64,000 nucleotides of DNA from Mobula hypostoma (lineage: Eukaryota): NCBI RefSeq assembly GCF_963921235.1, contig NC_086097.1, forward strand, positions 115,570,001 through 115,634,000, in the 5' to 3' direction. The notes under the pieces are model-generated. The model saw only the letters and a program-made list of their open reading frames with translations. It was not told the DNA's origin and did not search any database. Shown here piece after piece: positions 26,826 to 38,107 of this stretch; positions within the stretch are counted from its first letter, which is position 1; every line of letters begins with the position of its first letter. The position numbers and the translations under genes were made by a program.

Positions 26826-28569
26826 ATCTTTTCCACTGATGCTGCCCGACTTGCTGAGTTCCTCCAGTGTGTTGTGAGTGTTGCTTTGAACCCAGCATCT
26901 GCAGATTATTTTGTGTTTAGATTATGGATTAAATGGTTTTGTGGCTAAATTTGCAGACGACACCAAGATAGGTGGAAGAGCAGGAAGTGTTGAAGAAACG
27001 GAAAGGTTGCAGAGAGACTTAGTCAGTTTAGGAGAGTGGGCAAAGAAATGGCAGATGGGATACAATGTTGAGAAATGTACGGTTGTACATTTTGGAAGAA
27101 GAACTAATCGGGCAGATTATTATTTAGATGGGGAGGAAATTCAAAACTCGGAAGTGCAAAGGGACTTGGGGGTCCTTGTGCAGGATACCCTAAAGGTTAA
27201 CCACCAGGTTGGATCAGCAGTAAGGAAAGTGAATGCTATGTTGGCATTCATTACAAGAGGAATAGAGTATAAGAGTAAGGAGGTGTTGATGAGGCTCTAT
27301 GGAGCACTGGTGAGACCTCATTTGGAGTACTGTGTGCAGTTTTGGGCCCCCTATCTTAGAAGGGATGTACTAATGTTGGAGAGAGTTCAGAGAAGATTTA
27401 CGAGGATAATTCCTGGACTGCAGGGGCTAACATATGAGGAGTGTTTGTCGGCTCTTGGACTGTATTCATTAGAGTATACAAGAATGAGAGGGGATCTCAT
27501 AGAAACATTTTGAATGTTGGATAGAGTAGATGTGGAAAGGCTGTATCCCTTGGTGAGTGAGTCCAGGACAAAAGGCCACAGTCTTAGAATTAGAGGGTAC
27601 CTATTTAAAACAGAAATGAGGAGAATTTTTTTTTTAGCCAGAGGGTCGTGGATCTATGGAATTCGTTGCCACATATAGCTGTGAAGGCCCGATCATTGAG
27701 GAGGAGTTTGATAGGTATCTAATGAGTCAGAGTATCAAGGGATATGGGGAAAAAGTCAGAAATTGGAGCTAGATGGGAGAATAGTATAGCTCATGGTGGA
27801 CATGGCGGAGAGGCCTACTTCTGCTCCTTTGTCTTGTGATCTTCCCCGCTGTGCCATTTCTAGCAATCTGTACCAATCTTGTGAGATCCTTTAATTCTGG
27901 ACCAGTAGGATAAAAATTGCCTGGTGAAATTGCTGGCATATACACAAAATTGCTATGGATATATTTAGTAGATTTTGTTATCTGCTCTTTCAGGCAGAAT
28001 TTGTTGAAAAATATATGCCTGCATTATTGTATGTAAAATCAATTTCACATTCTTTTAATGTTTCCACCATGAATATCAGTTAAATTGATGTGCCGTAACT
28101 CCCTGATTTTCAGTGATACTGATCCTTTGGGACCAGTTTGCAGTTTATCGCTGCTTCCGTTGCTAATTTTTCATTTCCCTTCTTGTAAATCCTCCACAAC
28201 TAGTACGTATACAACCTTTGTTCTGGGCCACAAGTGACTGTCACTGGATAAAAGTTTAATCAATGTTTCCACAATCTTACATTGTACTTCAGTCCCTGAC
28301 ACCTCATTTTCATTTCCTCAGTGCTCAGAGAAGTTCAGACTCGGCTGAATAAATATATGGCAATACCTGCATAGGAATTATCTGAGAATTCAGCACCCTG
28401 TCACTTAAAGCCCCCAGTGAAATTCAGGATAATGCAAAATATTGGGAATGATAGTCAAATGAAAACATTTGTAAAATACTTTATAGGTACATTCGAACAA
28501 TTACTTCCACAAAAAATTTAAAATTTTAAGTCTATTATTCAATATATTTAATATTATAATGCACAATAT

Positions 28570-29060
28570 GCTGTTCAGTCTTCGAATTATATGGTACAGA
28601 AACATGCCCTGCAGCGAAACATTTCCATGCCAACCATCAACTACTCAGCTTTTGTTCCACAGCCTCAATGATTCAAGCACTCACATAGATGCTTCTTAAA
28701 TATTCTGAGAGTACCTTCCTCCTCCATCTGTTCAGGCACCTTCAGGGCGAAAATGTTCCTTTTAAATCTCTTACACTTTATTCTAAACAAATACCCTCTA
28801 GTTTTAGACATCACTGCTACAGGGAACAGTTTCTTATTATTTGCCCCATCTACTGTATGTTCCGCATAATTTTGTATAACTGTAACAGGAACTCCCTCAG
28901 CCACCCCACTCCCCAAAAGGGGAATAAAGGTAGCCTATCCAGTCCATTTTCAAATCTGAAATACTCCATTCCAGGCACCATCCTGATGAATCTCCTTGGC
29001 ACCCTTGCCAGTGGAACCTTGTCCCTCCTACAGCGTTGTGAGCAGAATTGAACACCTGCA
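28570..29060 (-). mobile_element. Old CR1 3' fragment
   Basis: ORF 28665-28916 (SKTRGY..RIK...IFKKHL) resembles a decayed CR1 ORF2 C-terminus. Confidence 0.65.
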
Positions 29061-29209
29061 GTGTGATCAGTATTCTAGGGCTAAAATATTGATTGGGGAT
29101 AAAACAATGTATTTAACCCGTGCAAAGTTTAATCCTGCACTTTAGAAAGGTTTCCAATATTTTCCCCATGACCATCATCACCCTGCTTTTTAATTCGATT
29201 TCCCGGTTA

Positions 29210-29575
29210 ATGCCACCTTCCAGGAGCGATGCCACGAAAAAGCGGTGTCCATCATTAGAGGCCCCCATCACCCAGGTTATGCCTTGTTCTCATTGCTACC
29301 ATCAGGAAGGAGGTACAGAAGCCTGAAAGCACACACTCAACGAATCAGGAACAACGTCTTCCCCTCTGCCATCCAATTTCTAAACAGACATTGAACCCAT
29401 GAGCACTACCTCACTACTTTTTAATCTCTATTTTTGCACTACCTAGAAAAATATAAATATATCTATAATCTAATTCACAGTTTTTAATTATTATGTATTG
29501 CATTGTACTGCTGCTGCAAAGGTAATGCATTTCACGACATACGCCAATGATATTATACCCAATGCTAATTCTGAA
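29210..29575 (+). mobile_element. Rex1-type LINE 3' end
   Basis: 'ccatcaggaaggaggtacagaagcctgaaagcacacactcaacga...aggaaca' encodes the PSGRRY...R..N terminus also seen in the Rex1 ORF at 61856-62527. Confidence 0.7.
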
Positions 29576-29889
29576 GATGAGCATTCTCTGTGCCATTTTC
29601 ATCATATCCATGTCTATCTTTGACATGTACATAAAGTTTCTCTGTTGCTTCATTCTCCCTGGAGCTTTAACATTCATGGTGTACGTTCTACTATTAACAG
29701 CCTTCTTACAGTTATTGGGATAAATCCTATTTCACACTTACTGTGATTACATTCCACCTACTGCTGCTTTGCACATTTGTCTAACTGATCAATATATTCC
29801 TGAACCTTAGACTTTCCTCATTGCTGTCAGCACTACTACAGATTTATGTACTATGTGCAGATACAGTAATATATGTAGATTATCTTTGA

Positions 29890-30230
29890 TTTGTGGGTAA
29901 TGCGCAATGGCTCCATATGTCACTACTACAGGGCGTGATGACCCTGCACTACATGAGTCCCTGGCTCTGGCTGACAGTACTCAGTACAGGCCCCTATCCA
30001 GGGTTACAGATCCCACTGCCTTGTGGGTATCTTCGGGAGAACAGAAGACTAAGGAGTAAACACAAATCCGGAGTGGAGCCCCTAAGGCGGTTGGGTGACG
30101 TATCACGTCACCTCCCGGCAGCTCCTGCAGCCAAGCTGATGCCAAATGTACTGCTTTGCATTCCTTTGGACCACATCCGCGAGGCCGCGAGGGGGATCTT
30201 GATGACTGGGCAGCCCAGGATCTCCATATT
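29890..30230 (+). mobile_element. Possible RTE-clade LINE 5' UTR fragment
   Basis: GC-rich block with 'ctaaggagtaaa...aaatccggagtggagcccctaaggcgg' that I recall as RTE 5' leader-like; recognition only. Confidence 0.4.
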
Positions 30231-31165
30231 CATTGTCTACTTAGACAAACGGAACCATTAATTAATAATCTTTGATTTAGTCTTAGTGTCATACAGCAAC
30301 ACTGCATGGACACATGCCCTTCAGCTGAACAGTCCATGATGACCACATCCACCTGTGTTTGGACCATATCTTGTCAAGCACCTCCACTCCATGGACCTAT
30401 CCAAGTGCTTTTTAAATGTATTGTACCTACCTTAACCACTTCTTCTGGCAATGCATTCCATATACTCACCACCCTCTGTGTGAAGAAGTTGCCCCTGTTA
30501 AATATTTCTCCTCTCACCCTAAATCTACACAACCTAGTTATGGACTTCCTGACCCTAGGGAAAAGAATGTCACTGTCCATCTTATCTATGCCACTCTTAA
30601 TTTTAAACTGTGCTAACGTCATCCCTCATTCACCTGTGTTCCCAGGGATAAAAATCTAAGCTGGCAAATCTAACTTAGGCCCTCCAGTCCTGATAACATC
30701 TTTGTGTTACATACCTCAAAGAGATCTGTGATTTTTTTTTGTGAGAATGATGTATTGGTCTTTTAGAGGTCACCTGAAGTAATTTTCCCGCCGATGTGTG
30801 GTTACGTGATGACATGTGAACCACAGGTATATAAGGGAAGACCTCAGATGATGCAGTTAGTTTTTAGTTTTTAGTTTTCCAGCTAGAACGTTGATGTATC
30901 TGCATTTCTATTGCGTATTTGTTTTTATGATGCAGTTTCATTTTTAAAACGGAGTGTTGTGTTCTGTTGCAAGGTAGAACAGTGTTGGACTGGAAAGTTT
31001 TGCTAGATGTGTTGATGTACCTTATTCCAGCAGTAGTATGGGAGAGTGAAGACTTTATTGAAGTACAGGATATGAAGGATTGAGAGGAGTCAGCGTCGTT
31101 CGGCAGTCTAACAAAGGATCGACCTTGAGACTTTGTTGAAGGAGTAGATAACTCTTGCCAAAAGA

Positions 31166-34100
31166 GCCTGACCCAGGGTCTTTAGTGAATGCGAGAAAAC
31201 CTGAGGTATTGGAGATTGCTAAGAGGTTGGATATTAAAGGAATTACGAAGAATACCACAAAGGCTGTAATACAAAGAAAAATCGCTGAGCATTATATTAC
31301 TTTGAAAATGTTTGATGATGAGGTGTTAGATAGGTTTCCAATGAGTAATCTGGAAATGCAGTTACATCTTGAACAAATAATGTTAAAGCAATTAGAGGGT
31401 GATTTGGAAAGAAGTCGGTTAGAAGCTGTAAATAAACAGAAGGAATTCGAGGCTAGAAAGGCTAATAAAATAAGAGAATTTGAAGAAAGAGAAGCTGAAA
31501 ACCAGAGGAAATTTGAGCTAGAGACAGAGAAATTAAAGTCTGGGAATCAGTCCTCTGGTTCTATGAAACAGTTTATTGCTAGTCGTGAGGTTATTTTGGC
31601 TCCTCCATTTAATGAAGCTGAAGTGGACAAATATTTCCAGCATTTCGAAACTATTGCTCTGAGTTTAAAGTGGCCGAAAGAGCAATGGCCAGTGATGTTA
31701 CAAAGTATAATTAAAGGCAAGGCACAATAAGTTTATACAGCTTTAAATGCTGAGCAAGCACTGGATTATGATATTGTTAAACAGCATATATTAAAGGCAT
31801 ATGAGTTGGTTCTGGAGGCGTATAGAGAAAGATTCAGAAATTTGAAGAAATCGGTCAAAAAAACATGTGGAATTTGCCTTCGAGAAATCTGTGTGTTTTG
31901 AGATATGGGTTTCCTCTAAAAATGTGAATGGGGAATATAATGAATTAAAAGAGTTGATTTTGTAGGAGGGATTTAAAAGAAGCATTCCTGTTGAAGTGAG
32001 TCATATTTGAATGAAAGGGACACTGCTACACTGCAGGAGACTGCTAAATTAGCTGATGAGAATGCTTTAATTCATAAGAATAAATTTTCTACAGGTAGAA
32101 TTTTTAAAAGGAAAAATAGCACAAAGAGTCAAGGTAAACCAAAAATTAAATCTGAAGTTAATGAGAAAAGTAAAGATGAAGGGAGACATGTGAAAGAAAG
32201 ACATTTTGGTATTATTTGTAATTATTGTAAGAAACATGGACATGTAATAGCTAATTGCTTTCGATTGAAAAAGAAAGAGAAAGAAGCTGTCCCAGATGCT
32301 TGTGTACAGCATATTGTAACACCTGTAAATTCACAGGGTTTAGGAAATACTAATGAAGATGTGTCAGAGTCTCACCAAGTTAAGAGGGGATATGAAAATT
32401 TTATAACAGAAGGATTTGTATCCTTGAAAGAAGGATCCAATTCAGTACCCATAAGAATAGTTAGAGATACGGGAGCTTCTCAATCACTAACATTAGACAG
32501 TGTGCTAAAGTTTAGTGATGAGTCTGGCATTGGTGAGGTAAATTATAGAGGAGTTCGGAGTGCTCTTATGCCAGTACATTTACATAGAGTAAATTTAAGG
32601 TCAGGATAAGTTACAGGGGTTGTTAAAGTAGAACTACAATCCAGTTTACCTGTGAATGATGTTTATCTTTTGTTAGGGAATGATTTAGCAGGTGGACAAG
32701 TTTTTCCTGAAGTGCATTTGACAACAAATTCAAATTCTGAGTAACCACAGAGGGATTCTAACACAGATTCTTCCTGTGTTGTAACAAGAGCTATGGCTAA
32801 AAAGACTGAAGTACAGGACGAGGTTGTTACCCATGACAGTTCAAATCAAGGTTTGAATTTTGAGGATGTATCAGAAACTTTCTTACTTACATTATTTGAT
32901 CAGGATTTTGGTACTAAGTGTGACCAGGAAGATTTGTCTTTATCTTGGAAGGAGATGATAGCAGAGCAAGATAGAGATCCTGAGGTAGTTAAATTAAAAG
33001 AACAAGCTCTTCCAGATAGTGAAATTGAAAAAGTACCAGTAGGATATTATTTTGAAAAGGAAGTATTAATTAGAAAGTAGAGATCACCTACAATTCCTGC
33101 TAGTGAGGAATGGGAGGTTAATTATCAGGTAGTCGTTCCTAAAATTTATCGAAATGAGATTTTAACTATGGCTCATAGTATTCCTTTGGGTGGTCATTCA
33201 TGTGCAAAGAAAACTACGAACAAAGTTTCTAAACATTTTTATTGGCCTAGTTTAAGACAAGATGTGGCGACATTTTGTAAAACGTGTCATACGTGTCACA
33301 ATGTGGGTAAACCTAATCAGGTTACTCCAATGGCTCCACTGCAACCAATTCCAGCATTTGGTGAGGCGTTCTCAAAAATCATTGTAGACTGTGTAGATCC
33401 TTTGCCAAAGACTAAAACTGGACATCAATATTTGTTAACTATTATGTGCACAGACAGTAGGTTTCCAGAGGCAGTACCTCTTAGGAACATAACAGCCAAA
33501 ACTGTGACAAAGGCTTTTATAAGTTTTTTTTTACTTATTTTGGGTTGCCTAAGGAAATACAATCAGATCAAGGTAGTAATTTTATGTCTGGGTTGTTTCA
33601 GCAGACAGTTTATAAATTGGGAGCAAAACAGATTATTTCATCAGCCAATCATCCAGAATCACAAGGAGCCTTGGAGAGATTTCATTTCACATTAAAAACT
33701 ATCATTAGGACATATTGTGTGGAAAATGAAAAGGACTGGGATGAAGGTAAACATTTACTACTTTTTGCAGTACGAGAGGCAGTACAGGAATCATTAGGTT
33801 TTAGTCCTTTTGAACTTGTGTTTGGGCATAGAGTTCGAGGACCTTTGGCCTTGTTGAAGAACAGTGGATTAATAAAGAGTTACACACTAATTTGCTAGAT
33901 TATGTTTTAAAATTTAAAGCAAGATTATATGAAGCTTGTAGCTTGGCAAAAGAAAATTTAAAATTAGCTCAAGAGAAGATGAAGGCTTGATATGACAAGG
34001 AAGCTAGGATGAGGTCATGTAAGCTTGGAGATAAGTTCTTTTCCCAGTGCAAACAAACCCGTTACAAGCTAAATTTCATGGTCCTTATGAGATTGAATCT

Positions 34101-35518
34101 AAGGTAAATGATGTGGATTACGTGGTAAAAACCCCAGATCGAAGAAAGACAACACAGGTGTATCATATAAATATGATAAAACCGTATTATGAGAGAGAAG
34201 CTGCTACTATGACTGTTGTGATCAATAATGAGTCTGATCTTGATAAAAACTTAATGGAGTTATCTGAAACTCATTTTAAACCCAACATTATTTCAGCTAG
34301 GTTACCAAATTCAAAAATTCTAGAAAATATTGATGAAAAATTAGCTCACTTACAGCCAGAGCAGAGAGAGCAGATGAAACAGTTAATTTTTAAATATAGA
34401 GATTTATTTCCAGACGTCCCTGGAAGAACCACCGTAGCTACACATGATGTACATTTGTAGATGTTGGAGATGCAAAACCCATAAAACAACATCCGTATTG
34501 AATGAACAGGGAAAAATGTGAACTTGCTGAACAAAAAATTAAGTATATGTTAGAGAATGATATTATTAGACATTCTAATTCAAATTGGAGTTCACCATAT
34601 GTTATGGTGCCTAAGCCAGACAATAGTATTAGGTTTTGTACAGATTATAGGAAGGTGAATGCTGTGACAAAAACAGATGCATATCCAATCCCTAGGGTAG
34701 ATTATTGTGTGGATAAAGTTGGACAAACCAAATTCCTTACAAAGATTGATTTGTTAAAAGGTTATTGGTGTGTTCCATTGACAGTTGGAGGTAGAGAGAT
34801 TTCAGCATTTGTAACCCCATCTGAGTTATATGAAAATAATGTTCTTCCATTTGGGATGAAGAATGCACCAGGTACTTTTCAGAGGATGATCAATAGTGTG
34901 ATTCAGGGATTAAAAGATACAGATGCCTATATTGATGATTTAGTTACAGGAAATACTACAGCACATATTACTGCGGTGGAGAAACTATTTGAGAGACTTT
35001 CAAAAGCTAACTTAATTATTAACTTAGCTGAAAGTGTATTTGGTCATGCCACTGTGACTGTCAAGGAAAAGGGTTAAGGAAATTAAAGGCATCCGTTAGT
35101 CTTGCGAGACCATAGATCTACACCTGGAAAGTCTTCACTCTCCAGGGCACAGGCCTAGGCAAGATTGTATGGAAGACCAGCAGTTGCCCATGCTGCAAGT
35201 CTCCCCTCTCCACGACACCAATGTTGTCCAAGGGAAGGGCATTAGGACCCATACTGCTTGGCACTAGTGTCGTCGCAGAGCAATGTGTGATTAAGTGCCT
35301 TGCTCAAGGACACAACACATGTTGCCTCGGCAATGGCTCGAACTCACAACCTTCAGGTTGCTAGTCCAATGCCTTAACCACTTGGCCACGTGCCCACTCG
35401 TTAAGGAAATTATACTCCAATTTAATAACACAGTTTAATGTTACAGGAGTAGAATATTTTGATCACTTATATTAAGGGTAAAGATAATGTGATCGCTGAT
35501 TGTCTGTCTAGATGTTGA
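31166..35518 (+). pseudogene. Gmr1 gag-pol polyprotein remnant
   Basis: Gag PPFNEAEVDKYF, CCHC CNYCKKHGHVIANC, protease RDTGAS, IN zinc finger H...GGH...CKTC, IN core SDQGSNF and HPESQGALE, GPY motif, RT FCTDYRKVN and YIDD, RNase H tail IKGKDNVIADCLSR; multiple stops and frameshifts. Confidence 0.92.
35086..35399 (-). mobile_element. tRNA-derived SINE with CORE-like segment
   Basis: Minus strand: A box TGGCCAAGTGG, B box GAGTTCGAGCC, 'tgtgtccttgagcaaggcacttaa'; 13-bp TSD GTTAAGGAAATTA at 35073-35085 and 35400-35412; second copy at 40735-41053. Confidence 0.88.
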
Positions 35519-35696
35519 ATATACAATGAAAATTTGTTTTTTATGGAGTGGTATTTTAACATTTGTAACACTCCTACTGTATATTAGTTTGTAAAGTGCT
35601 GAAAGATAAGACTGTATATATTGTATATGTTGTAAATTTTATACCTTTGTATTTTTTTTTGTAAATTGTTAATTGTTAAAATTTTGTTCTTTAAGA

Positions 35697-36921
35697 CAGC
35701 GGTCCCCAACCACCGGGCCGCGGACCAGTACCGGGCCGCAAAGCATGTGCTACCAGGCCGCGAGGAAATGATATGATTTGGTGATAGGAGTCAGCTGGAC
35801 CTTTCCTCATTTCCAGTCACGGCCACTTTTGAGCCATTACGCATGCGAGGTCATTACCCACGCGTCATCCATGTCAGCGCAGGAAGGAGAACAACTCCTC
35901 CAGCTTGCAAATTACGGCAGGCTGAAAAGTATGTTTGACATAACATCTCTGTCGGCATTCTGGATCAAAGTCAAGGCTAAATATCCTGAGATAGCCAGGA
36001 AAGCACTGAAAATGTTCCTTCCATTTCCAACATTTTTCTGCAAAGAGGAGTTTTCTGCAATGAATGCAACGAAAACTAAATTGCGAAATAGACTGGACAT
36101 AAGGAACCCCCTTCGAGTATCGCTGTCTCCCATCACCCCTCGATAGGACCCTGTTGTTGCAGGGAAACAAGCCTAGGGCTCCCACTGATTCAGCGATATT
36201 GGTGTGTTGCAATGATTTTATATGTTCATATGGGGAAAATATGTGCTGTGTGTTTAACATCCAAATGTTACTTAAAAAGTTATGATGCTATTGACTTACT
36301 TATATAACCATATAATAATTACAGCACGGAAACAGGCCATCTCTGCCCTTCTAGTCCATGCCGAACGCTACTCTAACCTAGTCCCGCCGACCTGCACTCA
36401 GCCCATAAGCCTCCATTCCTTTCCTGTCCATATACCTAGCCAATTTTTCTTTAAATGATAATATCGAACCTGCTTCTGCCACTTCTACTGGAAGTTCGTT
36501 CAACACCTACCTCAAGGTCCCCTGATAATTGCCTTATTATTATATTCATGCGAAAAATAGGCGCTGTGTGTTTAATATTAAATTCGTTAGATAAAACCTT
36601 TTAGAAACGAAATTGAGTGTATTAGCCACTTATCAACTATATTCCAGTCATGATTAACACCCCCCCCCAAACAGAATCGCCAAAAAGGATTTGCAGGGGG
36701 AAAAATTGGCAGGTCACAATGCGCATGCGCACTGGTGCCCGCGCAAAGCGTCATGGTCATTGTAGTCTTTTTTGGGGTAAACACAACGTATTTCACTGCT
36801 ACTCTTGTCCGTTGGCAACCCTACCCCCCCCCCACCCCACCCCCACCTCCAGGTCAGCCGGCCTGCAAGAATATTGTCAATATTAAACTGGTCCGCAGTG
36901 CAAAAAGGTTGGGGACCCCTG
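35697..36921 (+). mobile_element. Non-autonomous hAT (Buster/Charlie) element
   Basis: TIRs CAGCGGTCCCCAACC...GGTTGGGGACCCCTG; 8-bp TSD CTTTAAGA/TTTTAAGA; retains only the transposase C-terminal region (ORF 35778-36146). Confidence 0.92.
36300..36505 (-). mobile_element. CR1-type 3' end fragment nested in the hAT element
   Basis: 'acagcacggaaacaggcc...cctgcactcagcccata...ctccattcctttcctgtccatatacct' is a reversed CR1 3' end and is absent from the hAT copy at 38108-40305. Confidence 0.7.
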
Positions 36922-36957
36922 TTTTAAGAGACCAAAATTTTTTTTTTTGGAGGGAGG

Positions 36958-37830
36958 TGTTGCATACCTCAAGGAGATCTGTGATTTTTTTTTGTGAGAA
37001 TGATGTAATGGTCTTTTGGAGATCACCTGATGTAATTTTCCCACTGATGTGAGGTCACATGATGATATGTGCACCACGGGTATATAAGGGAAGACCTCAG
37101 ATGACGCAGTTAGTTTTTAGTTTTCCAGCTAGAACGTTGATGTGTCTCCGTCTCTGTTGCGTATTTGATTTTATGACGCAGTTTCATTTTCAAAACGGAG
37201 TGTTGCGTTATGTTGCAAGTTACAATAGTGCTGTTCTGGAAAGTTTTGCTAGATATGTTGATGTACCTTATTCCAGCAGTAGAAGGGAGAGTGAAGACTT
37301 TATCGAAGTACAGGACCGAAGGATTGAGAGGAGTCGGCATCGTTCGGCAGTTTAACAAAGGATCAACCTTATTGAGTCTTCATTGAAGGAGTAGTGACCT
37401 GCATCGAAGATAACTCTTGCCAAAAGATAAAAAGAGTTCATACAAGGTGCTCTCTAGAATTTAAAGTCAGTTGTTTTAAACTTTCTATTTCCTGCATCGT
37501 GAATCCTTTGGACAGAACCAACAGGAAAGTCGCGTCTATGAAGAAATCCTTCTCCAGAGAAGTCTCTCCCAATTGAACGTATAAATCTGTTGGACTTTCA
37601 AATTCACATTTTAAGAACTATATCTGACCTTACCGCTTTAAGAACTGTTTCCGCATTTAATGCTTTAAGAACCAGTGCCGAGTGACGATTTGTTGAACGG
37701 CTGCATAGCGGTTAACTTCCGGTTAAGGTTTTCATTTGTTTTTTTTATTGTTTATCTGTGATTAATAAATGTTTGGTTGTTTTTATATAACCTGTCTCAG
37801 TTGATACTCATTGTTGCCGGTTACGTAACA
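36958..37830 (+). repeat. Complete 3' LTR (873 bp) of the Gmr1 element
   Basis: Direct repeat of 30705-31165; TATATAAG at 37081; AATAAA at 37764-37769. Confidence 0.93.
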
Positions 37831-38107
37831 CTTTGTAAATCTTTCCTGCACTTTTTCCAGTCTTTCCTATCACAGGGTGACCAAATCTGTGCACAGTACT
37901 TCAAGTGTGGCCTCAAAAATAACATATATAATTGCAGTATAATGCCCTTACTGATAAATGACACTCCTTTTTCACCACCCTTTCTACCCGTGATGCCACT
38001 TTCAATGAGTAATGAACCTTTATGCCTAGATCTCTCCATTCCATTATACACCATGCTGCCCTACCATTCATAGTACAAGGTCTGCACTGGTTTAACATTC
38101 CAAAATG

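Larger units (their letters stand above)
24138..26915 (-). mobile_element. Penelope-like element (probably Neptune clade) with RT and GIY-YIG endonuclease, 5'-truncated, with inverted pLTR
   Basis: Frameshifted minus ORFs give MDVKSLYTSI, MGTRMGPCYA, YIDNYIG, Cys linker CKRKCYTC and VIYCIRCSRCSLLYIGET. TSD TTTAGATTATGGATTA at 24122-24137 and 26916-26931. Inverted arms 24138-24527 and 26497-26884. Confidence 0.93.
21165..27843 (+). mobile_element. Long CR1 LINE (ORF1 end, APE endonuclease, RT, 3' UTR) interrupted by three insertions
   Basis: APE motifs YLNASSIRNK, ITESWL, MGDLN, SDHN; RT motifs [25 protein letters not shown]. Collinear once 21918-22136, 22627-23099 and 24138-26915 are removed. 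Confidence 0.93.
30705..37830 (+). mobile_element. Gmr1-like Gypsy LTR retrotransposon, defective
   Basis: TGTTAC...GTAACA termini; 5-bp TSD CTTTG at 30700-30704 and 37831-37835; partial 5' LTR 30705-31165; PPT ggagggagg before the 3' LTR; domain order gag-PR-IN-RT-RH. Confidence 0.95.

Noticed and set aside
28281..28366. Minus-strand AG...GTAAG exon-like segment (86 bp)
   Set aside because: Stops in all three frames; no support as a coding exon.
35340..35399. tRNA genes at SINE heads (also ~40742 and ~44933)
   Set aside because: A/B boxes continue into SINE bodies bounded by TSDs; no convincing cloverleaf or terminator.
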